Assembly: GCA_950097015.1 (NCBI GenBank)
Contig: CATNEN010000029.1
Span: 744,001 to 808,000, forward strand
Length of the DNA stretch: 64,000 nt
Source of the DNA: Macrostomum hystrix
Taxonomy: Eukaryota > Animalia > Platyhelminthes
Direction of reading: 5' to 3'
Shown: one piece after another, positions 1 through 11,581 of the stretch
Layout: each line of letters starts with the position of its first letter
Numbering within the stretch: position 1 is the stretch's first letter
Notes under the pieces: generated by a model
Seen by the model: only the letters and a program-made list of their open reading frames with translations
Databases searched by the model: none
Told to the model about the DNA's origin: nothing
Program-made: the position numbers and the translations under genes

Positions 1-205
1 CTGACACCCTGAATCTGACACCCTGAATCTGACACCCTGAATCTGACACCCTGAATCTGACACCCTGACTCTGACACCCTGAATCTGACACCCTGACTCT
101 AACATCCTGAATCTGACACCCTGAATCTGACACTCTGACTCTAACATCCTGAATCTGACACCCTGAATCTGACACCCTGACTCTGACACCCTGAATCTGA
201 CATCT
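1..205. repeat. 14-bp minisatellite (CTGAATCTGACACC)n, intronic
   Basis: Direct tandem copies visible. Confidence 0.9.
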
Positions 206-225
206 AGTACCAAACCACGAACTAG

Positions 226-3200
226 CAGGACAGAGACCACACAGACGGTTACGAGCAGGAGCTTGAGAAGATCTCAATGAAAGACGACGGCTACATCGGC
301 CTGGTGCTGAAGGTTCTGGCTCGAATCTGCGACGGTCAGCACAAGGGCCTGCAGAATTACCTTCGCGAACAGCCGGACAACATCAAGTCTTTCAATCTAG
401 TTGCCGAAGTCTCACAGTTTATCAATGTGGCTTATTCCAACATCAATAGCGATACCATTGAGCTGCTCATACAGCTGTTCTCCTCCGTCAATGAGTTCTG
501 CGCTGTGAGTTCATACATGGCTATGTAATATAAATATCACCTATTGAACATTGCAAACAAACAACTGGATTCTGTCATTCAATATTCCATTTAGGGCAAC
601 CAAGAAAACAGGGCGACAGTCTACGATAACAAAATCATCGACTACATCAATTTCATTTTGCGGACGTCTGATTTTGATAACTGCGAGCTGGAACAGATTC
701 TTAGCATGCGCCAGGCCATAGCCAACTTGCTGATGTCACTCATTGAGGAGAACTCGCCTGAGGCTGTCGTGATTGGTCGAGAGGTCAAGGACACTCTGGA
801 CAAAGAGGCTCTGTACAGGGTCATGACAGAGTGCTACGAGTATTACCAGAGAGACAATTCTGGCAAGGACGGCTGGCTGAGACGGCTCATGGTGAGCTGC
901 TGGCTGATATCTGTGGACTGTGCAGTCTGATATCTGTGGATTGTGCAGTCTGATATCTGTGGACTGTGCAGTCTGATATCTGTGGACTGTGCAGTCTGAT
1001 ATCTGTGGATTGTGCAGTCTGATATCTGTGGACTGTGCTGTCTGATATCTGTGGACTGTGCAGTCTGATATCTGTGGACTGTGCTGTCTGATATCTGTGG
1101 ACTGTGCTGTCTGATATCTGTGGACTGTGCAGTCTGATATCTGTGGACTGTGCTGTCTGATATCTGTGGACTGTGCAGTCTGATATCTGTGGACTGTGCA
1201 GTCTGATATCTGTGGACTGTGCAGTCTGATATCTGTGGACTGTGCAGTCTGATATCTGTGGACTGTATGCAGTCTGATATCTGTGGACTGTGCAGTCGGA
1301 TATCTGTGGACTGTGTTCACGCATTCCTCACGCACTTTGTAGAAGAATGACGACAACAAGGAACTGAGAGAGGCAATTTTTGATGTTGGCTTCTCATTTT
1401 ACACCATTCTGGCCCGGCTTTACGATATTGATCCCACAATGGGAAAGAAGGGTGAGCGAATTGATCTGATGACAAATTTAAGTAGTTTTTATTGGACCGT
1501 TGATTATCCATTCACTAATCACAAACTTATTTTTGTTGCTAGTACTAAGCACCATTATTAAGCGATAACAAGACAGCCGTTGGTTACTCGACCAATTTTG
1601 ATTTCCAGACACAGAACAATATGGACGAGGTAGGCAAGCCTCTTCCCTTCATCATCTGCTCTGCCTACTTCGTTGTTTTTTTTTAAAAAACTCAAACAGT
1701 TCAGAGACCTGTCAAACAGGTTAGGGGACTTGTCTAACAGGTTAGGGGACTTGTCTAACAGGTTAGGGGACTTGTCTAACAGGTTAGGGGACTTGTCTAA
1801 CAGGTTAGGGGACTTGTCTAACAGGTTAGGGGACTTGTCTAACAGGTTAGGGGACTTGTCTAACAGGTTAGGGGACTTGTCTAACAGGTTAGGGGACTTG
1901 TCTAACAGGTTAGGGGACTTGTCTAACAGGTTAGGGGACTTGTCTAACAGGTTAAGGGACTTGTCTAACAGGTTAGGGACTTGTCTAACAGGTTAGGGGA
2001 CTTGTCTAACAGGTTAGGGGACTTGTCTAACAGGTTAGGGGACTTGTCTAACAGGTTAGGGGACTTGTCTAACAGGTTAGGGGACTTGTCTAACAGGTTA
2101 GGGGACTTGTCTAACAGGTTAGGGGACTTATCTAACAGGTCGGTCTAACAGGTCGGTCTGACAGGTCTGTCTAAATCTAATTCTAGTTAGAATCTAGCAT
2201 TATTAATTAGTTAATCTACATCCTGTTGTGCGCTGGTTCTGAGCAACATCCAAAATACTGATCTAGCAATGTGACGTCCGTCTTATAGAGTGCTGCGCCA
2301 ATCTAGCTCGTAAAAGTCATGCGCTTTTTAAACACAGCTTAAAAAACAATAAAAATGAGCCCCAGTAACCATTTTGCAATGCAAGTCCTATTTTCAATCG
2401 CTGGTGGAGGTGGAGGTGGAGGCTTAAATCATTTGCGTTGAATTGCCTGCTTTGATTTTCCAGAAATTCATGAATACAAATTCATAATTATTCAATCTGA
2501 AGCTTATTTAATTGGCATGGCAAGGCAGAAAATTATGTCATAATAAAGCAATGTGTATGCGACTCAATGGGTTTGAAAATAAGAACCGATGCCATGCTTG
2601 CTTCTATGAGATTTTCCCTCTAAAAAATCTCAACTCCAGAGCTGAGAGTCACCGATCTGCAACTGAAGGCTTTCAAGTTTTTCAAGAAGAACTCAATGAC
2701 CATCGAAATGCTGAAGGATTCCAATCTGCAGAAGATTCACTTCCGGGTGCGGAATAAGGTCAGTGGAGTGGGGACCAATCAGAGGAGGGGTGCGGCCTGA
2801 TGCACTGACCAATCAGAGCTGGGGTATGGCCTGTTGCACTGACAATCAGAAGTCAGCAACTTTATTGGGCAAACAATTCGCTGAACTTAGCCCCCCGAAT
2901 TTACTGCAGAATGTGCTCAGAGAGGAGGTGAAAGAGAAGCTGAAGTGGAACGTGGATCGCAACTCGTCCAGCACGAAAATTCGCGACTTCATGGACTGGA
3001 CTAAAGCCATCCTGAACGACATTCACTACCAGAAGAAGGTGCTGTCCAACCCGCTGACCATTGTGCTCACCCGATTCTGGCTCATCTGGAACCATGCAGC
3101 CACTCTGGTGGCGGTCATTCTCAACCTCATCATGCTTATTGGACTCGAGGCTCCACCGGGCGGTGCCAACACGCCGACATTCGACATATCGAGTGACGCC

Positions 3201-6200
3201 TCCTTGATGCCTCCCCAAGCTTTCTTCAAGTGAGTGTCAACTTTTTCTGTCCTTCTTCCCGTGGGCCTGTCAGTGTCGGAGAGGTCAACACGTAGGCTTT
3301 TTTTCGCTAAAAGGTCATGGGTTCGAATCCGCTGCATGGACCTTGGGCTGGGATTCGAACTTACGACCACTCGATCAGAGCTCCGACGCTCTAACAACAG
3401 GGCTATAAGTAATAATAAAAATAATTGCAGGCAGTGGCACATCATTTGTTGACACTAGACTCGCAGTCAGCGAGGAGGCAATTCTGCCCATTTCTCTGAC
3501 TCCTGAGCACACACGTTCACAGGTGTGTACATCTGCCCTGACTTTCTCATCGTCAGGCAGTGTACACTCTCACTGTGCCTTGGAGGTTGGCCTTTAAGGG
3601 CGTGAATTGCAAGATAGGCCTCGTCTCACCGCGGAATCGAGCTCAGGGACCTTGGTGCGAGAGGCAGACGCGTCAGCCGCCCTGTAAGTTATCTAGAATA
3701 TTAACAATGAAAACTAACGGAACAATGCCCGCAGCACCACCGGTCAGTGGAAGGCCGACTATCCGACCCTGCCGACCTGGCTATACGCATTCGCTTACAT
3801 CCTTGATGCATTGTCCATTGTCATCCTGCTGGCCTTCTTCGTGGCCAATCATCCGCGCCCGCCGGATGTTGGCCGGCTGATTCGCCGGCTCCGTCGACTG
3901 CGCCGTAAGGAGCTCGACGAAGATGAGGACCTGCGCGAGGCCGGAGGCCAGGACAAGCTCTCCGTGAGGCTGCTGTCTATCGCCACCCTCTACTACCTGG
4001 TGTTCATAGGCTGCGCCTTCGCTGGCACCTTCTATAGTCCGTACTTCTTCGCCTTTCACCTACTGAACATTGTCAATAACAACCAGATGCTTCGAGGCGT
4101 CATTCAGGCCGTCACCACCAATGGTAAGTGAACAAATCAATGATGCGAAATTGAGGAATTGTCCGGATTAGATTGCAAATTTAAGGCAGCGGGGGCTAGG
4201 GAGCAGGGGTTACTGAGAGTAGAAAAGTAGGAGAAGAAAATAGAATATGCTAACTACTCTACTGATAGTAGAAAAGTAAGAGAAGAAAGGCTCCGCTTGT
4301 TAGAGTCGGGAATCGAACCCCCGACCTTCAAGTCGTGAGTCCCATGCTATAACCACTAGGCTACAACCTAGTTGGGCCAGATGTACAGCCAGTTGCGCGG
4401 AGCATCCATAGCTCAGTTATTATCAGCAGTATCAGTAGACCACGCTATTTTCCCCTGTGGGTATTTAAATAAACCGATGCCTACTTCACGACAGCTCCCA
4501 AACCGAATGAACGATTTTCGTGAAGTCCGTCCACAATTGTTCACAATTTTCCGCCCTTTACGATGAACTAACATTTAAAGCCTTCCGAGTAAAAAATGTG
4601 GTTATTTGAAATACCCCTTTCTACTATTAAGTGTATTGTTCAATTACTCAAATCGCATCCATGGGCAGTGATTCGAACCCCAGATCACATGGTCAGAAGT
4701 CAGAAACAATATCTACTTGACTACCAAGCTACCCATACTGCTAAACTACCTCGATAAGAAGCCGAGATTGTTCTTGTCCGCGTTCTCCAATTGCCTATTC
4801 AACACCGTCGCACCTCGCCTACACAGGACTGTCGCTGGTGTGGGTGTCAGTGCTTGGCATCGCAATCATGTACCTCTACGCGGTGGTCGCATTCGCCAAG
4901 TTTCGTATCGCCTTCCGGCCAGACGACAGCCTGATGTTCTGCGGCACTCTCTACCAGTGCTTCGTGACCATCCTGCGCTACGGGCTCATTGGCGACCTGT
5001 TCGAGGTGATGAAGGCTCGGTGCTTCGTCTCGATGAGTCCTATTTCCTACTTCAATAAAAACTAAGCCTCTCACTGAACACACCCGAAATACCTGCCCAA
5101 TTTTGTAGAATCTTGTACCGCCAACGACACACAGAACATTCGACGAATACATCTGGATGGCCCTGTTTAGCGTAACATTCTTTATTATAATCACCACCAT
5201 TGGACTGAATATCATTTTCGGTATCATTGTGGACACCTTCAGTCAGCTCAGGTGATGATCAAAGCAACTTCTTCGAAACTAGCATTTAATTAGCATATTT
5301 TTACCAACCAGTCGCAAACGACAACTCATCAACCTCACACCTACAGCAACCTCACTCCTCAACCAACCTCACTCCTCCACCAACCTCACTCCTCCACCAA
5401 CCTCACTCCTCCACCAACCTCATTCCTCCACCAACCTCACTCCTCCACCAACCTCACACCTACAGCAACCTCACTCCTCAACCAACCTCACTCCTCCACC
5501 AACCTCACTCCTCCACCAACCTTACACCTACAGCAACCTCACTCCTCAACCAACCTCACTCCTTCATCAACCTCACTCCTCAACCAACCTCACTCCTCCA
5601 CCAACCTCACTCCTCCTCCAACCTCACTCTTCCACAAAGCTCACTTCTCAAAAAACGTCATTCCTCCACAAAGCTCACTCCTCCACAAAGCTCACTCCTC
5701 CACAAAGCTCACTCCTCCACAAAGCTCACTCCTCCACAAAGCTCACTCCTCCACAAAGCTCACTCCTCCACAAAGCTCACTCCTCCACAAAGCTCACTCC
5801 TCCACAAAGCTCACTCCTCCACAAAGCTCACTCCTCCAAAAACCTCATTCCTCCTCAAAGCTCACTCCTCCACAAAGCTCACTCCTCCACAAAGCTCACT
5901 CCTCCACAAATCTCACTCCTCCAAAAACCTCATTCCTCCTCAAAGCTCACTCCTCCAAAAACCTCATTCCTCCACAAAGCTCACTACTCTAAATACCTCA
6001 CCCTTGAGTTACTCTCGCAGCCGCGCCCGTCCTTAGCCAAAAAAAGTTTTCCCGCCGCTGACAGAGACAAGAAGTGGCTTGCCGAGACAGACATGCGCAA
6101 CTGCTGCTTCATCTGCTCTCGCAACAATTACGATTTCGAGCACCACGGCCAGGGCTTCGAACACCACGTGCGCAGCGAGCACAACATGTGGGCCTACATC

Positions 6201-8286
6201 TTCTTCTTCATTCACCTGGAGGACACAGCGAAGAATGACTACACTTCCTTGGATTTGCACGTGTACAAGATGGTAAGCTTTCATTATTCTCATTCATTCT
6301 TTCATTCTTTCCTATAAAATGTATTCCCCTCGACTTCAGCTCAAGGAAGAGAGATTCGACTTTTTCCCGCTCAACCGGGCTCTCTGCCTGTCCGCAAGGG
6401 ACGACGACTCGACGGAATCGAAAATCGACGAACTACTCAACAATGTGAAGGATTTGGTGCAGCACCAGAAGGAAGAGGTCAGCGAGGGGATATAAACTTT
6501 TAGATGTGTCTTCCCCAATGATGTCCCCAAATAAGGGTCGTCACTGGAATCTCGCATAATACACCATCTGGCATACTATCAGTCTAAATCACAATCCCAT
6601 CAGGCTAAACCCCAATCCCATCAGGCTAAACCCCAATCCCATCAGTCTAAATCACAATCCCATCAGTCTAAACCCCAATCCCATCAGGCTAAACCCCAAT
6701 CCCATCAGGCTAAACCCCAATCCCATCAGTCTAAACCCCAATCCCATCAGGCTAAACCCCAATCCCATCAGTCTAAATCACAATCCCATCAGTCTAAACC
6801 CCAATCCCATCAGTCTAAACCCCAATCCCATCAGGCTAAACCCCAATCCCATCAGTCTAAATCACAATCCCATCAGTCTAAACCCCAATCCCATCAGTCT
6901 AAATCACAATCCCATCAGTCTAAACCCCAATCCCATCAGGCTAAACCCCAATCCCATCAGTCTAAACCCCAATCCCATCAGTCTAAATCACAATCCCATC
7001 AGTCTAAACCCCAATCCCATCAGTCTAAACCCCAATCCCATCAGGCTTAACCCCAATCCCATCAGTCTAAATCACAATCCCATCAGTCTAAACCCCAATC
7101 CCATCAGTCTAAACCCCAATCCCATCAGGCTAAACCCCAATCCCATCAGTCTAAATCACAATCCATCAGTCTAAACCCCAATCCCATCAGTCTAAATCAC
7201 AATCCCATCAGTCTAAACCCCAATCCCATCAGTCTAAACCCCAATCCCATCAGTCTAAACCCCAATCCCATCAGGCTAAACCCCAATCCCATCAGTCTAA
7301 ACCCCAATCCCATCAGTCTAAACCCCAATCCCATCAGTCTAAATCACAATCCCATCAGTCTAAACCCCAATCCCATCAGTCTAAATCACAATCCCATCAG
7401 GCTAAACCCCAATCCCATCAGGCTAAACCCCAATCCCATCAGTCTAAATCACAATCCCATCAGTCTAAACCCCAATCCCATCAGGCTAAACCCCTATCCC
7501 ATCAGTCTAAACCCCAATCCCATCAGTCTAAACCCCAATCCCATCAGTCTAAACCCCAATCCCATCAGTCTAAATCACAATCCCATCAGGCTAAACCCCA
7601 ATCCCATCAGGCTAAACCCCAATCCCATCAGTCTAAATCACAATCCCATCAGTCTAAACCCCAATCCCATCAGGCTAAACCCCAATCCCATCAGTCTAAA
7701 CCCCAATCCCATCAGTCTAAACCCCAATCCCATCAGTCTAAACCCCAATCCCATCAGTCTAAACCCCAATCCCATCAGTCTAAACCACAATTTCCTTCAA
7801 GGAAACGGAGCGCCGTCGTTGGGTGGAGCTGAACCGGCAAAAGAAGTGGCAGCAGAAGGTGCTAAGCAGCGGTCATCAGCAGCAGGAATCGGCGGCGGCG
7901 GCGGCGGCAGTTGTCGGCGGAGTGGGCCTTCGCGGCAGTCAACCGAACGCGGCCCGCAGCTATTTTCTGAACGTGCCGCGCCGGCCGCACGAGGAAGGCG
8001 ACGATGACGACGAAGACGACGAGCTCCGGCGATCATCGTCACTTCCGGGCAGCGAGGATGACTACCGGCTGTCTGTGCCAAACGTGAGTGCAAAGTCATC
8101 TGCGGCCTCTCATATTCCTATTTGGTGTAGAAATATTTCCTCATTATCCAGACCCGACAAAACAAACCGCAGGTCAACCAGCCACACCGGCCTGCAGCGG
8201 GCCCGGTTGAGGATGCCGCCGCCACAGATGAGCACATGGGATTTCTAGACGACTACGATGAAAATGGGGAGCCGAGACCGCAGTAA
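226..8286 (+). CDS. ITPR: Divergent inositol-1,4,5-trisphosphate receptor-like (IP3R/RyR superfamily) Ca2+ release channel, 3' portion; 5' exons lie outside the window
   Basis: Phase-consistent GT-AG exons 226/229-504, 595-891, 1343-1451, (optional 1609-1629), 2640-2758, 2910-3229, 3735-4123, 4827-5005, 5109-5251, 6065-6272, 6340-6477, 7802-8083, 8173-8286 (TAA). Translation gives RIH-associated-like LARICDGQHKGLQNYLREQ...EFCAGNQEN, TIEMLKDSNLQKIHFRV, the S4-S5 linker LRGVIQAVTTNG, S6 GLNIIFGIIVDTFSQLR, and the C-terminal C2H2 zinc site CFIC...HVRSEHNMWAY. AATAAA at 8794-8799. Confidence 0.93.
903..1318. repeat. 23-bp minisatellite (GATATCTGTGGACTGTGCAGTCT)n in an IP3R intron
   Basis: About 18 tandem copies starting just after the donor at 892. 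Confidence 0.95.
1712..2165. repeat. 21-bp minisatellite (AACAGGTTAGGGGACTTGTCT)n
   Basis: About 20 near-perfect tandem copies. Confidence 0.95.
3410..3685 (-). mobile_element. tRNA-headed SINE family A
   Basis: Shares body (CTGACTCCTGAGCACACAC...GTGTACACTCTCACTG) and head (CTCGCACCAAGG...TTCGATTCCGCGG) with copies at 23900, 33908, 35903 and 63586; short AAT-type tail. Confidence 0.75.
4300..4368 (-). mobile_element. tRNA-derived SINE head (family B)
   Basis: Reverse complement reads GGTTGTAGCCTAGTGG...GGTTCGATTCCCGACTC, nearly matching 44119-44180. Confidence 0.65.
4433..4626. mobile_element. MITE-like dispersed element
   Basis: Inverted subterminal GGGTATTTAAATAAACC / GGTTATTTGAAATACCC; core CACGACAGCTCCCAAACCGAATGA shared (one mismatch) with copies at 9760-9875 and 45939-46177. 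Confidence 0.65.
5330..5990. repeat. ~17-bp minisatellite (CTCACTCCTCCACAAAG / CTCACTCCTCCACCAAC)n
   Basis: Tandem copies in two sub-variants. Confidence 0.9.
6586..7788. repeat. 21-bp minisatellite (AAACCCCAATCCCATCAGTCT)n
   Basis: About 57 tandem copies filling an IP3R intron. Confidence 0.95.
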
Positions 8287-8932
8287 GGAACTGGCAACGG
8301 CCTCGTCATGGACAGTTGTGACAGGGCGAAAGCTGTCAATCTATTGCTTCGCTTCTTTAGAGAAAAAATCAACCAATTCTACTCCTTTGATGCCGTGTTT
8401 TGAATTGCTCATAGATTCAGTGTGACAGTAACCTTTTAATTAATAATTCTTGCCATATCTCAACACCTAAAGTCTGAAAGTGTGACATTTTTTAGCTTAA
8501 TTCATTGAAATTCGTTTTATACTGGTATTATAATCATATACTCCTATATTGAAAGTACTCGTCTTTTCTATGATTATCTCACTGCTAAGTTCCGCTTTGA
8601 ATTTCGCGATTATCAATCACAAACTAAGAAAACATTTACCTCGCTTTAATGAAAAAACCTATTATTTACAAGCTACTGATGACTGACCTCTTACCAGGCT
8701 TGTACCTGCAGACCAAATTTCACGACTGTTCTTACTGCACGAACTAAAATAAGGTTTCAGATTTTCGAATTGAAATTGCTAAATGCATTAAGAAATAAAA
8801 CTTATTTTAGCATTGTTATCTTTTTATGCAGTCTTTGATATTAATTGTTGTTCTGAGATTTAGTTCGTAACGCTTAAAGTGGGTTTGAGAGTAGAAAGAG
8901 AGATATTTCAAATTGTCACAATCGTTGCAATC

Positions 8933-9100
8933 GTCGCCGCGGATAGCTCAGTCAGTAAGGTGTCGGACTTTGGATCAGATGGTCCTGGGTTCGACTCCCG
9001 ACCTAGTCTAGAACTATTCGTGCAGCCTTTGGCAAGCTGCTTTGCCCTGATGTGCTCACAGTCTACTCAGCTGCAAATGAGTACCGACATTTCGTCGGGT
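8933..9100 (+). mobile_element. tRNA-derived SINE (family B) with CORE/Meta-like central segment
   Basis: A box TAGCTCAGTCAGTAAG, B box GGTTCGACTCC, unpaired acceptor stem, followed by TTGGCAAGCTGC...CAGCTGCAAATGAGTACC. Confidence 0.65.
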
Positions 9101-9759
9101 AATAATAATTCCGGCTGGCGTGGAATAAAGCAGTTCTGTGCGGCAATTCTGTAAGGTTTGGATGCTGCCGATATGTTTGGAAAAAATAAATTCCATGGCT
9201 GACACGCGGCTGTCAACCGGTGTCCGAGAGAGCCGGGGAGTACATTAGGTGTGCAGTCCCCACCTGCTAGTGTGCCTGACACACAACACCTGCACTGGCC
9301 CTTGGGTCTAGTGTCAATTATTATTATTAATACAATCGTCTTTTTTCTTCATCTCCAAAAATATTCAACCAATCACGTTGAAATTCCAGAACACGTCTAC
9401 AATTTTCCACTCTATCCGGTGAAACAACTCGCATGCAGAATCACAAAACACCGGCATCGTCGAGATATTCAACGATTCTTGTCGGGGTTTCTGGTGGCAA
9501 AAAACCGCCAATATGGGCATAATTTTTCTGCTCACAAAATTTCATCATTTAATAATGTCGGCTATCCATTGTTGACTATTTTAGATTGATAAAATTGTTA
9601 ATTTTATATTTTTGAACCAATGTGGATTCGCCAAAGAGGCTGGTACAGAGCATAGTCAGTTGTCGTTGTCAGCAGGGTCTTCGACAAGAATCGCAGAATT
9701 ACTCGATCGACGATGCTGACGTCCGACGGCTTTGAACGTTAGGGCGGAAAATGTTGATC

Positions 9760-9875
9760 CATACTTTCATTTTAATCGGTCATTCGGTTTGGGAGCTATC
9801 GTGATGTAGGCAGGTGGGTATTTGAAATCCCCCGTGGTTTTTCCCGATGGGGAAATTAGTGCACTCTGTCTACTG
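9760..9875 (-). mobile_element. MITE-like element, partial copy
   Basis: Reverse complement contains ATTTCAAATACC...CACGATAGCTCCCAAACCGAATGACCGATT, as at 45970-46022. Confidence 0.65.
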
Positions 9876-10170
9876 TTGAGTGATTTCCTTCTCCTCCTCC
9901 GGAGGAGTTCCGCCAGTGATTACTATTCAGCAGATGCGAACCCGGACAGAACTTGTAGATAAGCGATTGTGCAGGCCTCACTCGTAAGAATGTACTTGCA
10001 TTTAGAAAAGTGAAAAGGAGAAATGTGCATTCAGTGCCCGTGAACATAGATATAGCATTTTAGCACATACAGAGAGACAAGTGCGCGACCTAAGCAAAAT
10101 CATTTCTGAAGTCATCTCTATCTGTGCTCCTTTTCAAGTTGGTCCTAAATTAGTCCGCTGCCATAGCGAC

Positions 10171-10785
10171 TCAACTAATCGTCGTCGCAGCCAATGGAGC
10201 TGTCAGGCGCGGCCGTCGACCCGACTGTAGACGACGTCGGCCGCTACGCTCAGGACTTCGGCTTTCGCTGCATGCGGCGGAGCCGTCGGGCTGCCGTGGC
10301 AGGGGAGGCCGAGAAGGCGGGGTTAGGCCGCAGCCGATCAGCACCATCGCCGAGCCGGTCAAATTTGTGTTGGTGCGCGGCCGCCACCGCCGCCACCGCT
10401 GCGGACGCCAGCCATCGGTCGAAGCAGTAGAGACATTGTACAGTGACGTTGCCGTGGCAACTCTCTGAATGGCTGCATCATCGCTGGTGCCATTAGCTGA
10501 CTGCCAACGGCAGGTGCCAAGACGGCGCGGCTGATCTGCAACGAACTGATCTTTAAAGTCGAGCACGTCGCTAACTGCAATCGTAGACGCTCGAGTCAAT
10601 GTTTGCTGTTGCTGCCGCGGCTGCCTACCCTGCTGTCTTGGTAACTGAAGGTCCGCGGCTCGAATTCGTGTTTTCGCCGGCTGCCACGCTAAACTGACAA
10701 ACGGCGGCCTGCCGATCTCAAGTACAGGAGGCCGCCGCAGCTGCCTCACTGGGCTTTGGAGTTTGAGGTCGACTAGCTGGCTCAT
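10171..10785 (-). CDS. Possible single-exon orphan ORF, 204 aa, Arg/Pro/Gln-rich, no recognisable domain
   Basis: GC/CpG-rich, non-repetitive ATG-to-TGA ORF between AT-rich flanks; no family motif recognised; overlapping frames are also partly open. Confidence 0.25.
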   Translation of the reverse strand: MSQLVDLKLQSPVRQLRRPPVLEIGRPPFVSLAWQPAKTRIRAADLQLPRQQGRQPRQQQQTLTRASTIAVSDVLDFKDQFVADQPRRLGTCRWQSANGTSDDAAIQRVATATSLYNVSTASTDGWRPQRWRRWRPRTNTNLTGSAMVLIGCGLTPPSRPPLPRQPDGSAACSESRSPERSGRRRLQSGRRPRLTAPLAATTIS

Positions 10786-11581
10786 GGATGCTCTTGTACA
10801 TCGGTGAGTCCACGAAAGGGTAATAAGGATGAGATCTTACAGAGTTAACATGCGGCTTGAAGGAGCGGATCTTGGCCTAACAGTTTTTTGCGCTTGATGC
10901 AGCCTGAAGTATTTGCCCAGTCAATTTGAGCAATGAACGAAGGCGACTGTTATCGTCGAGTGGCTGGTTTAAGAAGCAAAAGCATGGCCCTTCTAGTTGT
11001 GTGCCCTCACCGCACACACTCATTTCTCTCATGAGTGTGTGCTTCAATTGGCGGCTTTGCTTACTTAGTCGGCTGGCTAATCTTTGTGATGTTTGCTAAC
11101 AGCCACTTCATTTTCGTGGTGTGGCGGCGAGGCTTCAGTGAGAAAATTATCATAGTAAGAGCACAGTTTGTTGTCAGCAAACTAACTTGTAGATAAAAGT
11201 ACATTCCAACAATCTCATTTGTATAAGGGGAATGGCCGACGCTCGCTTTGCATTCGTGCAGCGTGTTTCCAAACTATCTTCATATTTAAAGCATCACTGA
11301 ACAGTTTAGCCTGAACGCATTTTGCGAAAACAAAGTAAAAGTTTGGAAGTAAAAGTGAAAGTTAAGGACTCTTAATTTTTTACGTAACGAGAAGTGTACT
11401 TATATGAGTTGAAAGTCTTTAATAAAATAGTAAAACTTTTTATTTTTATCGTATCGAATAGATCTCGAAAAAAAACAATAAACGTATATCTAGTGGGCTC
11501 TTAACAATGTGTGTAACTAGACAATGTAACAAGAACTGCAGCTGCTTTACTAATTATTATTCATCTTCATCATTTCCCTCC

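Noticed and set aside
1712-2130. Interstitial telomeric repeat (TTAGGGG)
   Set aside because: The motif is embedded once per 21-bp unit, not as a (TTAGGG)n tract.
4847-5236. Minus-strand ORFs overlapping IP3R and SERCA exons (for example 4847-5236, 52640-53107, 55462-55848)
   Set aside because: Antisense shadows of GC3-rich coding exons.
8933-9010. Functional tRNA-Gln(TTG)
   Set aside because: A/B boxes are present, but the acceptor stem does not pair and the anticodon stem is mismatched; the sequence continues into a SINE body.
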